A DNA stretch of 64,000 bases, taken from positions 4,216,001-4,280,000 of the forward strand of contig NC_090340.1 in NCBI RefSeq assembly GCF_035084215.1. Direction: 5' to 3'. Under the pieces are notes generated by a model. It worked only from the letters and a program-made list of their open reading frames with translations, was not told the DNA's origin and made no database searches. Positions 1 to 13,728 of the stretch are shown here, in pieces; the stretch's first letter is position 1, and each line of letters starts with the position of its first letter. The translations under genes were made by a program, and so were the position numbers. This DNA is from Heptranchias perlo. Taxonomy: Eukaryota.

Positions 1-744
1 TTCATATAAATCAGTTTTTACATAATGCCTCTCGCCTTCCCAATAATCTTCCCAAGGAAAAACTTATGTTGCTTTAATCCTGTCAATTCTAAACCTTTAT
101 TTTGGTTAGCGTCCAATTACCTGGTTGGACTGAGTCTGATTTAAGAGGAACCTTTGAAATAGACTTTCCATCTTCTTTTCCAATATAGTTTCGAGATCTT
201 GCTCATTGAAATTGTTATGCTGTCCTCTATATGGCTTTTTTTGTTAAATTTTGACCTTCTTTGCTGACTAGAACTCTGTCCATATTGTTAATCTCATCTG
301 GTATAAATTTTGTTTCTCTATTATGAGTTCCCAGACTGCTCATATTGTTGAATTGACTGGAGAGCCTTGTTCTGTCCATTGTCTGGCCCCCGTTTCCTAT
401 ATATTGGAGGTTGAGTATTTAATTCTCCACCTTCCATTTCAAGGGAAGGCTGTATACTAATCTTACTCACTTTTACCCCATGTTTCTTTTCTTACACCTC
501 TTACTCTTGAGTATTATCATAAAGAAATTCAGCTTCTGAAATCATCCGTCAATAGTCAGGAGAGAGTAAGGAATACAAAGACAGAATAGAGATGTAAGCA
601 AAGAGGATAAGGACGAAAAGTTCATGGCTGATTGGGGAGGTTATCCTAAGGTCATTAGTTATGACAATGATATTCTGCCCATAAAAAATAGATCCAAAAA
701 TGCAATATTACATTTAAAATAGCTACATTTCTTTTAACATGAGG

Positions 745-1078
745 AATTTTGATAGAGGGAAACTGTTTCCATTGTTAAGAGGGTCGGTAACCAGAGGACA
801 CAGATTTAAGATAATTGGCAAAAGAACTAAAGGGGCGATAAGAACTTTTTTTATTCAGCAATTTGTTACGATCTAGAATCACTGCCGGAAAGGGTGCTGG
901 AAGCAGATTGAAAACTAACTCTTAAAAGGGAATTGGATATATACTTGAAAAGGAAAATTTTCAGGGCCTATGGGGCAAGACCGGGGCGAATTGGACTAAG
1001 TTAGAGAGTTTGGATAGGTCTTTCAAAGAGCCAGCATAGGCACAATGGGCCGAATGTCCTCCGTTTTTACTGTATGTC
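745..1078 (+). mobile_element. CR1 LINE 3' fragment
   Basis: Decayed CR1 ORF2 C-terminus (KLFPL..GSVTRGHRFK) followed by a typical 3'UTR 'ggcacaatgggccgaatgtcctcc'. Confidence 0.8.
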
Positions 1079-1084
1079 TCTCTG

Positions 1085-1570
1085 AAATCTCCTCTTAGCC
1101 TTCTCTGTACTGCTGTGGAAACAGTTCCACTCTCACGTCTCCCCTTATTACTATAGGTTTTCAACACTGGTATCCTCCTAGTAAATCTACACTATACTTT
1201 TTCTCAGGCTTTCATGTTCTTTCTATAAAACTGAACACAGTACTCGAACTGTGGCATAAGCAATGCCTCCGATGATTTTTTCATTAGTTGTTTGGTTTTG
1301 TACTCCATACCCCTATTTTTAAATCTAAAGTGTAATGAGACCTTTAATGGCTTTATCTACCTACTGTACTTGTATTTTCAAAGAATTATACATTTGAACA
1401 CTAAAGTATTTCAGTTCATCCACATCCTTCAGCATCATTTCATTGATGTGTTTCATTACTTCTTTTATCTCCAAAAGAGTAATACCCTCATTTTTTTTGC
1501 ATTAAGTTGCATCTGCCACCTGTTCGCCCATTCTCCTAACCTGTCATGTATTTTCTTACGACTCACTGTT
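1085..1570 (-). mobile_element. Old CR1 LINE RT C-terminal fragment
   Basis: Reverse complement matches the CR1 'PQFEYCVQF' and 'EWANRWQMQLNAKK' regions seen in other copies in the window. Confidence 0.7.
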
Positions 1571-2084
1571 CGATAACCCTTTGACTTTTGACAATGGGCT
1601 TCCTAAGCCCGTTGAAATCATTATATATATAATATATATGTAGGGTAATTTTCATGTTCTCTGCCTGGCTGTAATCCGGCAGAGTACAGTCCACCCCTCC
1701 CTTCGCCCCACCGTTAGCATCTATGTCATCAGCTGCCTCGGCACCACTCTGAAATTCGTTCTGTAATCTCTCCATCTCCCCATCTCCCTTTCCTGCTTTA
1801 AGACCCGTTTATTTGACCAAACATTTGGTCACCCCTCCTAGTGTCTGCTTCTTTGGCTCAGTGTCCCACGTTGCATCAACAGCTGGTTACACTGTAAAAT
1901 TCTTCATATGCACAGAAAATATCAAGCTGGGAATACTGTTCAGGAAACTTCAAGTTGACTCCCTTCATCTCAGCAAGCTGGTTAATGGTAACGGAGTAAA
2001 GGTACAATTTAATGCTTGTGATTGATCTCTGGGGGAAATCTGACACAAATAGAAAGACAAGGTGCCCTGCTGTTTGACAGTCCC

Positions 2085-2520
2085 TCAGCCAACCTAAATA
2101 GTGGTTGACTGGATAAATGTTCAAACTGGTGTGGTACTGAGCTACACAGGAGGAATCATGTTTCATCTGCAGTCTGTGCTGTTAGCTGATGTCAACTGGG
2201 ACAGCAGTGGGATTCAGTGTCTCAGGCTAGGAATTGGAGATGTCAGGCAGGGCTCTCAGGCCCGAGTGATTCATCGACAGTGTGGAGTGATATCTCAGGT
2301 CATTGGTCCATTCATGTCCTCAGCGGACATGTGCAGGGATAAACCTTTAACCAGGAGTCACAGCATGAGGTTGGGAACTTTGACTGACCTCCTCCTTCCA
2401 GAGCAATAGTAGCACCTCTACTGTTACCCCGGCTGATAGCAGACTACACAGCACTGGCTGCAGATCGAGCCTGGTCTGTTTGCCTTGGTCAAGCTAATCA
2501 CAGAGCCACTGAGGAGCCTT
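2085..2520. repeat. Inverted pair of tRNA-SINE-like segments (imperfect palindrome)
   Basis: 2157-2210 'catgtttcatctgcagtctgtgctgttagctgatgtcaactgggacagcagt' is similar to the reverse complement of 2418-2474. Confidence 0.5.
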
Positions 2521-2994
2521 CATCCCACTTTCACGAGGAATTTTTAGAACAGGAAACATTTGTTGGCGGTGCAGTCTCCATCAGACTGCCCCTTGCTGCT
2601 TTTAATCTGATCAGGTTTTGCACATGGTGTCTATGCACCACTTGAATGCTGCACAGAACTGTTTGAATTGGCTCTCTTCTAACCAGCATTGTGACAGCAA
2701 CCTGCTGTCGTGTGACAGAGACTCTCTCTCTCTCTCCAATCTCTCCCACATACACATGAGATACAGAGACACAGACGCACAAATCAAGTATAGAAATTCA
2801 GAAGCAGAGAAAGCTGTGACCAGACAATATTAACGGGAAATAAAAGTATAAGTTGGAGGGAGGTCTCCTTCCCCCTCCCCCATTTCTGGAAAAAAAGAAC
2901 ATAGGAATAATTTGTACCTGTTGGAAAGTGTAATTGAAATTGTTGCCTTACAGCCTCCCAGCAAGTCCAGTTTGCTTCCCTCACTTGCTCTGGC

Positions 2995-3147
2995 GATTCA
3001 TCTTATTGCTATTAATGGGATCTTGCTATGCACAACATAGACTGCATAACAATAGTCACTGCATTTTACTTTAAAATAATTGATTGTATGTGAAAAACTT
3101 TGAGGAGTTTCTAAGGGGTGGATGCTATATAAATTCGAGTCTTTGTT
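2995..3147 (+). mobile_element. DeuSINE/SacSINE1-like 3' fragment
   Basis: 'gggatcttgctatgcacaa...gctatataaattcgagtcttt', homologous to the fuller copies at 54750 and 58800. Confidence 0.7.
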
Positions 3148-5169
3148 CCACTAATATAGTTTGCTGCATGCGACCTGGAACTGGACCTGGGGGAACCTGA
3201 CCGCAGGAAGCCCGTTATTCTCTAAGGTTACAACAGTTCCCAATCCCCGGTGTGACCTTCAGCAACTGATTCAGTCTTCGGCTGCTCCCACTGACTGCAA
3301 TGGTGCTGCTCCAGGATACACACAGTGTCTGTTTGTGTAACAACTTCCTCTTATAACTGTTAGTCGTGTAAACCCAACATTCTAGAACATCTCATAGAAG
3401 CTGCCATTTTTCAGTGAGCCCAAGATCTGTTTTGGGAGAGTCTATACTGTTAACTTCAACATCATGTTTTTCATTTACTGTTACTAGTTACCTCAATGTT
3501 GTTGTTTAGGCAGAATCTCATTGCTTTCTGACATTCACTGACACTGCAGTACCTAACAATCAACCTCCTTAAGATCTGCACAGTAGGTGCTGGGTTGAGC
3601 CCAGGGATGACTCAATCCAGCCTGTGTGCATCCTATGGGACTGGGGTGGTCTGGAGGCATCTTCAAGGACAGCCCACTGTGCACTTCGCTCTGCAGCACC
3701 TCGAGCACACATCATGTCATCGCAGCTGACACTGTGATTGTTTTTTTTTTCCTATCCGAATGCTTCATCATTTAGTTCGTGAACAAACCATTCTAGATGT
3801 TGCATTGAGGTCACAGAGTAAACTCACTGCACCAAAGGAACCGGCTGAGGGAGTTTGTATTCTGCTGCAATTCTCACTGGTGCTTTAATGATTCCTTCAT
3901 TCTGTTTGTCTCCAATTTCTATATTAATTATCCTCCTGATCCTGAAGTGATAGGGGCTTCAATCATTACCATGAACTTTCCTGCTTTCTATCTGGTGTTC
4001 TATCACAGGCTGCTCTGGTACGAATCATCCGGCTCATCCCAAAAAGTACAACTTTTGTTCGGGGTTCAATAGAACAGATCTTGAAACAGCTGCTGCTGCA
4101 ATGGGCTCCTGACCTCGGCACCTCTTGTATTAAGCACGTTCAGCCTCTGCCCACCATCCTCAGGACTCGGCAGCAGGTCCTCCTGACACCAGAGCAAGAG
4201 ACTCTTTGACCTTACTTTTATTGTACAATTCTACATCCATCACTTCTGCGAGTGGATGTTCTTGGATTTTGGGTTCGTGCTGGGGCAAGTGTTATTTTAG
4301 CTATTTATCGAAACCAATAAATTTGGCCCTAATAAGATTCCCTGTAAGACTGCATCTGTCCTATGGTGCACATTATGTTAGAGTTTAAAAAACCACGCTA
4401 TAAAATTCTCTGCTGTCAGACAAGGAACCAAAGTAATGAGTGTGTATTGAATGGAACAGATGAGGAAAGTGACGGTCAAGGAAATAGTGAGACCAGCGCA
4501 TTGCTGCAGTGGAAAGGTAAACACTGAACTGGTCTCCACTAGTAACATGAGATGATGTTTTAGTGCATATGGGGTTGGTCCAAGCCCAGCTGCAGCACTA
4601 GTCTCCATAACACAGGGAGATTAATGTCCTCAAGAGTTTAATATGACAGCGCTGTGAAACAGGCTGGGATTTAATCACGTAACATTTCTATGGAGGAGGC
4701 AGTCAGTGACTTGATCCGTAAACGCTGCATTCATTCAAACAACGGGTTTAATTAGTCTGCTAAAGACATAAATGAAGACAGAACAGAGCACAGTGAATAT
4801 GGTAATACCACAATTGATACATTGGTTGGGGGTTTGCACGTGTCTGTCCCCGGACGATCGCAGGCCGCCGAGCGGACGCAAACCCCAAACATCCTGTGAT
4901 CTAACCCGTGAGCGCTGTAACTGTGATCTTTCTTACAGAGAATCCCTGGAGTTCTCAGTTAACACAGCTCTGGAACCCATCCTGGGAAACAATGAGTGAC
5001 AGGGTACCCAGGGACTAGAAACACCGTCCAGGGAACCGCTTGTGGTGGATTGAGTACTGGAGAGAGTCACTGTAGGAAAGGAACCGATTCTAAACATCCA
5101 AACACTGACATCCTTGGAGGAACCAACTGAAAGAATAATTCATGCAGGAGATTCCAGAACCTCCAATCT

Positions 5170-5574
5170 AATCCATTGCGTTCAACACTATTTCTCCATT
5201 GTGAATTCACTGGAGCTGGATCAAATCATTCGACTGGACAAACACTGAACATTACAGCGATTCCCGGCTGTTGTGAATTCGGTGACGGCTGGTCAAGCAT
5301 CCAGATGTATTAATGTGCTTTCTGCACCCTGTACACTCGAACAGTTTCTCTCCGGTGTGAACTCGCAGTTGCATTTTCAAAAGACCGGGCCAGTTGAAGC
5401 CGCCCCCTTCCTCAGGGACAGACCCCTACTGACTCGGTGCAGGATTCTTAACTGAACCAGTTCCAGGAGTCACCGCTGATCCAGGCTGATCTTTTACTAA
5501 CATTTCCGCTTCTTTCAGTATTTCCACGTTGGCTCTTTGTCCCAGATTATCTGAGCAATCTCCGTCTCGCAAAC
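5170..5574 (-). pseudogene. Degenerate C2H2 zinc-finger terminal exon
   Basis: Minus frame reads ...LLKMQLRVHTGEKLFECTGCRKHINTSGCLTSRHRIHNSRESL*CSVF...LQ*IHNGE (HTGEK linker, C-x2-C..H remnants). Candidate acceptor 'ttttctttacggtgttcag|' at 5575/5574. Confidence 0.6.
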
Positions 5575-6459
5575 CTGAACACCGTAAAGAAAACAGTGAA
5601 TCCGTAAACACCCTGTGGGTTCTCAGGTACGACAAAAACCGAACACTGTGTCGGCACTAGCCTCAAACAAGCATCCCCTACCATTACTGATAACAGCAGC
5701 TCTCGGGGACTATCCAAGGGCTTTACTTACACCACAAATGTAGGCTCTGTGTGAAGCAGCAGTTATCGTGTAAATGAAACCTGAATCCAGAGTCAGGGCC
5801 CAGTTGACACTGAAACAATGCTGGCCGAGATTCCCCGGAAGAACAAGTCTCATTCGGCTTTGCTTCAAAGTCAACTTGAGCCTTAAAACCCAACTTGTAC
5901 TTCGCAAGCTTGACATCAGAGGGATGCTAAAACCGATTTGCACTGATGCCAACTTGCAGTGCAACTGCGCCCTTAATGAAAGGTCTGATTTTACACAATG
6001 ACTATCAAACTAGGGGTCGCTTTGAGCTGTGAGCTCACAGCACTGGAAACTACCCAAGCTCAGTTCAATATCAGTGAACGGAGATTCAGAACCCATCACA
6101 CTGGGCGGAATTTGGACTCAGGACCCAAAGGAGAAAAGCCAATTTTCAGAAATTCGCATGTTCCCAAAGACTCAAAGATGCATTCAACTTTCAACCGTCG
6201 CATTCAGCACAACGGAACTTCACTTTATTGTGCAGTTACATTGACTCGCAACACATTCATTGGGTGCACGGTTTCAATCGGGGCAATATTCTATTTTAGT
6301 TTAATCAAAATGATTCCCCAATCACAAACGTAAATATGCTTTGTGTGAAACCATTACAAGCAGCTTGCTGTTCCAGATACCCTTCCCCCAACATCACCTA
6401 TTCCATTACCGAACCGGATTAGAGTTGGTAAAATATAATAAAGAAGTCATCACGGATTC

Positions 6460-9315
6460 AAAAGGGAAGTCCGTGCTTGACGAACCTTATATTTATTGGA
6501 GAAGTATCAGAAAAGGTAGACAAGGGTAATGTAGTAGATGTAATGTACATGGACATTCAAAAGGCCTTCAATAAGGGACCGCGTGGTAGACTCATGACGA
6601 AGGTCAGAGCACTTGGAGTCAGAGGATAAATAGTAGAATGGATAGCAAGCTGGCTACAAAACAGAAAACAGAGAGTAGGGGTTAAGGGTAGCTACTCAGA
6701 TAGGCAGATGACGGGAAGTGCTGTTCCTCAAGGATCAGTGCTGGGACCATTTATATAAACGACTTGGACTCGGAAATTAGAAGTACAATTTCAACATTTG
6801 CAGATGACACCAAATTGTGGGCTATAGTTAATAACGAGGGAGAATGGGAAAAAAGACAACGTTAATAAACCTGTGCAATGAGCATGTAAATGGCAAATTA
6901 ATTTCAATTCCATTGGGACACTCAGGGGAAACGTCTTTACCCAGAAAGTGGTTAGAATCTGGAACTCGCTACCACAGGGAGTAGTTAAGGAGACTACTTT
7001 AGATGCATTTAAGGGGAAGCTAGATAAGCACATGAGGCAGAAAGGAATAGAAGGATGTGATGATAGCGTTAGATGATGTAAGGTGGGAGGAGGCTCGTTT
7101 GGAGCTTAAAACACCGGCACAGACCAGTTGGGCTGAATGGCTTATTTCTGTACTGTGCATTCTATGTAATATAGATAACTGTGAAGTGTTGCAATTTGGT
7201 AGGAGGAATAAGAAGGCCACATACTCCTTGGAAAATAAGAGTCTAAATGGGTTAGTGTTGCAAAGTGATCTTGAGATACAGATTCACAACTCATTAACAG
7301 CAGCAACACAGGTTAACAATGCCATAAAATTGCAAAGAAAGAACTGGGGTTCATTCCGAGAGGAAGAAAATTCAAAAGCAGAAAAGTTATGTTAAACTTG
7401 TATAGAACTTGGTTAGACCACTCTCTATACATTCCAGGTCTAAATATTACAATAAGGTATGGAGGCATTGGAGAAAGTGCAAAAAAAAGATTTGCAAGGA
7501 TAATACCAGAACTGAGACGGTACAATAATCAAGATTTAATCATGGGTGATGAGCCAGATTTAGCTAACAGCCTAAAGGTGTGCGAAAATTTATCTAACAG
7601 CGATCATAATATAATCAAGCTTAACGTTGTATTTGAAAGGGAGAAACCCTTATCAGCTATTAAGATTCTAAATTTAGGTAAGGCCGATTTCAATGGGATG
7701 AGACAGAGACTGTCTACAGTAAACTGGGAAAATCTGTCAATGGGTAAAACGACAGAAAATCAATTCGAGGTGTTCAAAAGAGAATTTAACGTGGTGCAAA
7801 ACCAGTTTATAACCCGAAGGGACAAGAGCTCTACTTGCCAAAAAAACCCCAGCCATGGACGACAAAAGAGGCAAGAGACAACATCAAACTAAAAGCAGAA
7901 ATATACACAAATGCAAAAAAAAAAGCACAGATCCTGGCGACTGGGAGAGATACAAATAGCAGCAAAGGGTGACAAAACAGATAGTAACAGCTACAAAGAG
8001 GGATTATGAAAGAAACTTGCAAGAGATATAAAAATGAACTCAAAAAATACAATTATATTAGAAAAAAGAGGGTGGTCAAGAGCACTGTGGGCCCCTTAAA
8101 AACGGATAAAGATGAGATTGTAAATGAAAATAAGTAAATGGTGGACATGTTAATTAATTATTTTGCGTCAGCATTTGCAGTGGAGGAAGAGGATAGCGTG
8201 TCAGATACCCCAAGTAAACTAATTTTGAATCAGGGACAGGGACTCACCATAATTAATGTAAGTAAATGAACAGTAATGATGAAAATAATGGCACTAAAGG
8301 GTGGCAAATCTCCAGGACCAGGCGGTTTTCATTCCATGGGTTTAAATGAAGTAGGTGAGAACATTGCAGATACCCTAACTATAATTTTCCAACGTTCTCT
8401 CGATTCAGGAACCGTTCCTTTAGATTACAAAATTGCACGTCACTCCGCTATTTAAGAAAGGTGAGAGAGGGAAACCAGGGAATTATAGACCAGTTAGCCT
8501 AACACATGTTGTCCAGAAATTGCTAGAATCTATAATTAAGGATAGAGTGACTGAACAACTTGACATTTTTCAGTTGATCAGAGAGAGCCAACATGGATTT
8601 GTAAAGGGTAGTTAATGCCTGACGAACCTAATTGAATTTTTTGAACAGGTGACTAAAGTAGTGGACAGGGTAAGTCTATGGATGTTGTTTATATAGACTT
8701 CCACAAAGCATTCGATGAAGTGCCTCAGAACAGAATGTTAACTAAAGTTGAAGCTCACAGAATTGAGGGCAAATTTTGGACCTGGTTAAGAAATTGGATA
8801 TGCAACAGGAGACAGAGAGTAAGGATAATGGGCAGATACTCACATTGGCAGGATGTGACTCGTGGTGTCCCACAGGGATCTGTGTTGGGGCCTCAATTAT
8901 TCACTGTATTTGTTAACGACTTGGATGATGAGATAGAGAGCCTCATATCCAAGGATGCCGATGACACAAAGATAGGCAGCATTGTAAGCAGTGTAGATGG
9001 CAGCATTACAGAGCGATACTAATCGATTCAGTAAATGGGCAAAACTGTGGCAAATTGATTTCAACGTAGTTAAGTGTGAGGTCATCCACTTTGGATATGT
9101 ATAAAAATAGATCAGAGTACTTTCTAAATGGTGAAAAGCTCGAAACAGTGAAGGTCCAAAGAGACGTAGGGGTCCATGTACATAGATCATTAAAATGTCA
9201 TGGACATGTAGAAAATAATCAAAAAGGCTAATGGAATGCTGACATTTATATTTAGAGGTCCAGTATGCAAAGTGGTAGAAGTTATAGTACAGCTTTTACA
9301 AAGCCCTGGTTAGAA
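6460..9315 (+). mobile_element. Composite of several decayed CR1 ORF2 fragments
   Basis: ORFs 7389-7892 (SDHNII APE end), 8433-8615 (GNYRPVSLT), 8678-9022 ([24 protein letters not shown]); a 3'UTR at about 7000-7160. Confidence 0.9.
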
Positions 9316-9809
9316 CAAAATCGACTAGCGCCGTTTACCCTCCACGCAAGAAAATAGTCCTGATCACAGTTACCCGTCCTGTTATCAGATCCCTTCACCC
9401 CCTCTTCTCCAATGTTTTCATCAGCAGAGTGCCAGAGGTGCATAAAATAGGCATGAAGATGTCAGTAATGGTCAAGGTGTGGTTGCACGACACCCCATGA
9501 ATTTTGTAACTAATGTGATCAGAATGATTTTACCCAAAAGTTATGTGTTTTTTAAAAAAGGTTGAGTTAATATTTTGTATTTCTGCTGCTAAAGCCCAAT
9601 TTGGTTGCTGAATTGTGTCAGCTGGTTAAGGTAGTAGAAACTTCAACATAAGTGCGGGTTCTGGGAGCAGTTCAGCCCGACATATATCAGTGCCCAGCTT
9701 ATCTCTGCTAAAGTTTGAATCTGTAATGAATTTAACTAATGATTTTGTTGCTAAGAGCAGCTTTGCAAAAGCATTCTGGTAGCATTCTGCTTCGACTGCA
9801 ATTTTATAT

Positions 9810-10070
9810 TCTTGGGACATAGGCGTCACTGGCAAGGCCAGCATTTATTGCCTATTCCTAGTTGCTTGGAGAAGGTGATAGTGAGGCTTCTTCTTGAACT
9901 GCTGCAGTCTGTGTGGCGAGGGTACTCCCGCAGCGTTGTTTGGTAGGGGGTTCCAGGATTTTGAACCAGCGACAATGAAGGAACAGCGATATCCGTCCGA
10001 GTGAGGATGGTGTGTGACGTGGAGGGGATCTTGGAGGTGATGGTGAATAAACTCGTGCAACCAGTCCTTG
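9810..10070 (-). mobile_element. 3' end of single-ORF CR1-group (Zenon-like) LINE
   Basis: 'SFIVAGSKSWNPLPN...QQFKKKPHYHLL' and a 3' tail shared with copies at 27.0, 43.8, 52.2 and 56.3 kb. Confidence 0.85.
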
Positions 10071-10197
10071 CATTCAGCACAATTTCTGTCGATTTTGGTC
10101 AGTACGTAGTATACTGTTTATGTTACTGGACTAGTAATCCAGAGAACGTAAATTCCAATCTCACTGTGGCAGTTTGAGAATTTGAATTTTGTTTAAA

Positions 10198-10672
10198 CTC
10201 TGGTGCCTGTATCCTAACTCGCACCAAGTCCAGTTCACCCATCACCCCTGTGCACTTACATTGGCTCCCGGTTCATCAACGCCTCGATTTTAAAATTCTC
10301 ATCCTCTTGTTCAAATCGTCTCAGGGTTTCGCCCTTCCTTATCTCTGTAACCTCCCCCAGCCCGACAACCCTCCTAGATCTCCGTGTTCCTCCAACTCTG
10401 GCCTCTTGTGCATCCACATTTCCTTCGCTCCACCACTGGTGGCGATGCCTTCAGCCATCGAGGCACTAAGTTCTGGAATTCCCTCCCTAAACCTCTCTGC
10501 CTCTCCTTTAAGACGCTGCTTAAAACTTATCTCTTTGACCAAGCGTTTGGTCACCTGTCCTACAGTCTCTTTCTTTGGCTCGGTGTCAATTTTATTCTAA
10601 TAATGCTCCTGTGAAGTGACTTGGGACGTTTTAATATGTTAAAGGCGCTATAAAAATGCAAGTTGTTGTTGT
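10198..10672 (+). mobile_element. L2 LINE 3' end
   Basis: 'RTKSSSPITP..LHWLPVHQRLDFKIL', 'WNSLP..FKTLLKTYLF', L2 tail 'aaaggcgctataaaaatgcaagttgttgttg'. Confidence 0.9.
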
Positions 10673-10732
10673 AAAAACATCTGGATATAGAAAGCTGGTA
10701 TCAGTACCAGTGACCATGAAGCAGTCGGATTA

Positions 10733-12425
10733 AATAGAATTTACAGCACAGAATCAGGCCATTCGTCCAAACAAGTCTATGCCGTTATTGATGTTGCACA
10801 CAAGCCTCCTCCCACCGTACTTCATCGAATCCTATCAGCATATCCTTCTATTTCTTTCTCCCTCATGTATTTATCTAGCTTCCCCTTAAATGCATCCATG
10901 CTATTTGCCTCAACTACTCCTTGTGGCAGCACTTTCCACTTTCTTACCACTCTTTGGGTATAAAAGTTTCTCCTGAATTCCCTATTGGATTTATTAGCGA
11001 CTATTTTATGTTTATGACCTTTAGTTTTGGATTCCATCACAAATGGAAACGTTTTCTCTATGTCTACCCTATCAAACCCTTTTATTATCTGAAAGACCTC
11101 GACAAGGTCACCCCTCAGCCTTCTCTTTTCCAGAGAAAAGAGCCCCAGTCTGTTTAGCATTCCTGATAAGTATATACTCTCATTTTTGGTACATCCTTGT
11201 TCATCTTTTTTTGCACACTCTCCAATGGCTCTATATCCTTTCTATAATATGGAAACCATAACTGGACACAGTACTCAAGTGTGGTCTAGCTAAGGTTCTA
11301 TACAAGTTTAACATAACTTCTCTGTTTTTCAATTCTATCCCTTTAGAAATGCACCCCGATGCTTGATATGCCATTTTTATGGCCTTATTAACCCGTGTCA
11401 CGTCCTTTAGAGATTTGTGAATCTGTACCCAGATCCCGTTGCTCCCTTATCCAATTTAGACTCCTATTATCCAAGCAATACATAACCTTGTTATTCTTCC
11501 TACAAAAATGTTCCACCTCACACATCTTTTTTGAAATTAATTTGCCAATTACACGCGCGTTCTCCAATCTCATAATGTCCTCTTCCATTTTGACATATAC
11601 TCGCTTTGCATTAACTGCAACCCCCAATTTGGTGTCGTCGGCAAATTTTGAAATTATACTTCTGATTCCTGAATCCAAATCGTTAATGTAAATTGTGAAC
11701 AACAGCACCGATTCCTGTAGAACACCACTTCCCACCTTTTCCCACTCTGGGTAGCTACCCATGCTCACTGTTTTCTGTTTTGTAGCCAACTTGCTATCCA
11801 TTCTGCTACCTGTCCCCGGAATCGACATACTCTGCCCTTAGTCATGAGTCGAAAATGCAGTACCCTATCGAAGACTTTTGAAAATGCAAATATATTACAT
11901 CCACTGCGTTAAGTAGATGTAATATCATTTGTACAGATATTAAACAAAGGGTTGTAGGGCTGGAGGAGGTTACAGAGATGAGGAAGGGCGAAACCCTGAA
12001 AGGATTTGAACACGAGGATGAGAATTTTAAAATCGAGGCGTTGATGAACCGGGAGCCAATGTGAGGGGTGATGGGTGATACAGATATTAAAGAATTGAAA
12101 ACAGATCCTTGTGGGATCCTATTGGTATCATTCTCCCTGGCTGATGACAGCCCCTGTACCAACACCCTCTGGATTCTATCGGTCAAGCAATTACAAATCC
12201 ATTTTAACATATTTGGACTGACTCCCACTTTATTTTCAGTACCAGCCTTTCCAGAGGAAATGTATCAAAGGCCTTACTTAAATCCAAGTACACCACATCC
12301 ACTGTTTTATTCTTATCAAGCTCGCCAGCCATGCCTTCAAAGAAAATCAGTAAGATTGATTGGAAATACCTCCTCTTCATGAACCCATATTGGCTGTTTT
12401 TAATGGTTTTATTTATATCCAGAAG
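10733..12425 (-). mobile_element. CR1 fragments (3' end near 10733), with a short L2 piece at about 11920-12090
   Basis: ORFs 10822-11160 (LGLFSLEKRRLRGDL), 11388-11828 (FADDTKL), 11842-12228 (IPQGS). Confidence 0.85.
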
Positions 12426-12673
12426 TTGCGAACCTGCCGTCCTTACTCAGTCTGACCTACATGTGACTCCAATCGCATGCCAATGTAGTTGAATCTTAAC
12501 TGCCCTCTGAAATAGCCTAGTAAGCCCCTCATTTGTAGCAAAAGAGGGCCCACACCACTTTCTCAGGGCAATTTGGAATGGGCAATAAATGCTGGCCTTG
12601 TCAAAGTACACAGTGAATTAAAAAAACACGGTTCATGATTTTGGGTAAATTTCCACACTAACCTTAGATATCA

Positions 12674-12846
12674 GAGTCGATTTTCAACTTGCTGTCCTGG
12701 CATAAATCTGGTGTTGCAAATTAACGGCCTGTTACAAAACCGCCCAATTTTCATTTTGTTACATTAATGAAATAAATACAGTTTCTCTAACGGGCAGCCG
12801 ATCTACAACACGTTTATGTCTGGGCAGCAAGTTGAAAATCTATTCC
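12674..12846. mobile_element. Palindromic MITE-like element
   Basis: Inverted termini 'gattttcaacttgctgtcctggcataaa' / 'tttatgtctgggcagcaagttgaaaatc'; hairpin pairing extends inward. Confidence 0.75.
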
Positions 12847-13229
12847 CATAGATATAGAATTACTTACGATGTTAGAAACTTGGGAAGTAAGAGACCTGGA
12901 GAAAGGACAATGATTTGGGACCAAAGAGATAAAGAGCTGCCATGTAGAGCAGCTCCAAGAGTCAAGTTCCTCGCACCATTCTTATGTTCTAGAGTCTTTA
13001 GATCTTTTTAACTGTCCTGATTTGATCATCTGTTGATCTTAAATTATATTTACAACAAACCATTGCACTGAAGAGTTTACACAATGGCACACGATAAATC
13101 TCACCATAAACTGGGCATGCGTTCCCATGTCCAAATATTTAAAACTTCTTCTAAATTTTAAATTCAAACATATAATTTACTTCATGTTATATTTGCTGGT
13201 TTCCCTCATTCTTTCACTCCCTGTAACCA

Positions 13230-13728
13230 TAGGGGTTTACAGCACAGAAAGAGGCCATTCCGCCCATCATGTCTGTTTAGGCAGTTTGCTCGAGCAATCC
13301 AAAACTAATCTCACTGGCCTGCTCCATTCCCGTAGCCCTGTATCAATCCTAAACTAACCCCACTAACCCGCACCCTCCCTATAGCCCTGCATCAATCACA
13401 AACTAGTCCTACTGCCAAATTCTTTCCGCTTAGCCCTATATTGTTTCAAAATTAATTCCAATGAGATGCTCTCCCGATAGTCCTCCATCAACCCCAAGCT
13501 AATCCTAATGTTCCATCCTTTCCCCATAGTCCTGTATCAATCCAAAACTAATCACACTGCCCCCACTTTCCCCATAGCCATGTATCAATCCCATACTAAT
13601 GCTACTGCTCCGCTCTCACCCCTTAGCCTTGCCTTAATTGAAAAATAAGTCCACTGCCCTGCTCTCCCCTCATAAGCCCCTGTCAATCCAAAACTAATTC
13701 CACTGCCAGGCTCAATCCCCATAGCTCT
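13230..13728. repeat. Reverse CR1 3' end running into a 47-49-bp minisatellite (left half of array)
   Basis: Unit approximately 'tcaatcccaaactaatcccactgccccgctctccccatagccctgta'; about 9 degenerate copies after 'acagcacagaaagaggccattc'. Confidence 0.85.

Larger units (their letters stand above)
10123..12628 (+). mobile_element. tRNA-derived SINE split into three pieces (10123-10197, 10673-10730, 12430-12628) by L2 and CR1 insertions
   Basis: tRNA-like head 'tactggactagtaatccagag..ttccaatctcac'; body matches 23860-24080; tail matches the LINE 3' end at 26925-27020. Confidence 0.7.

Noticed and set aside
1-600. Purine-rich minus strand that might be a decayed retroviral pol or an exon
   Set aside because: Many stops and no motif I could identify
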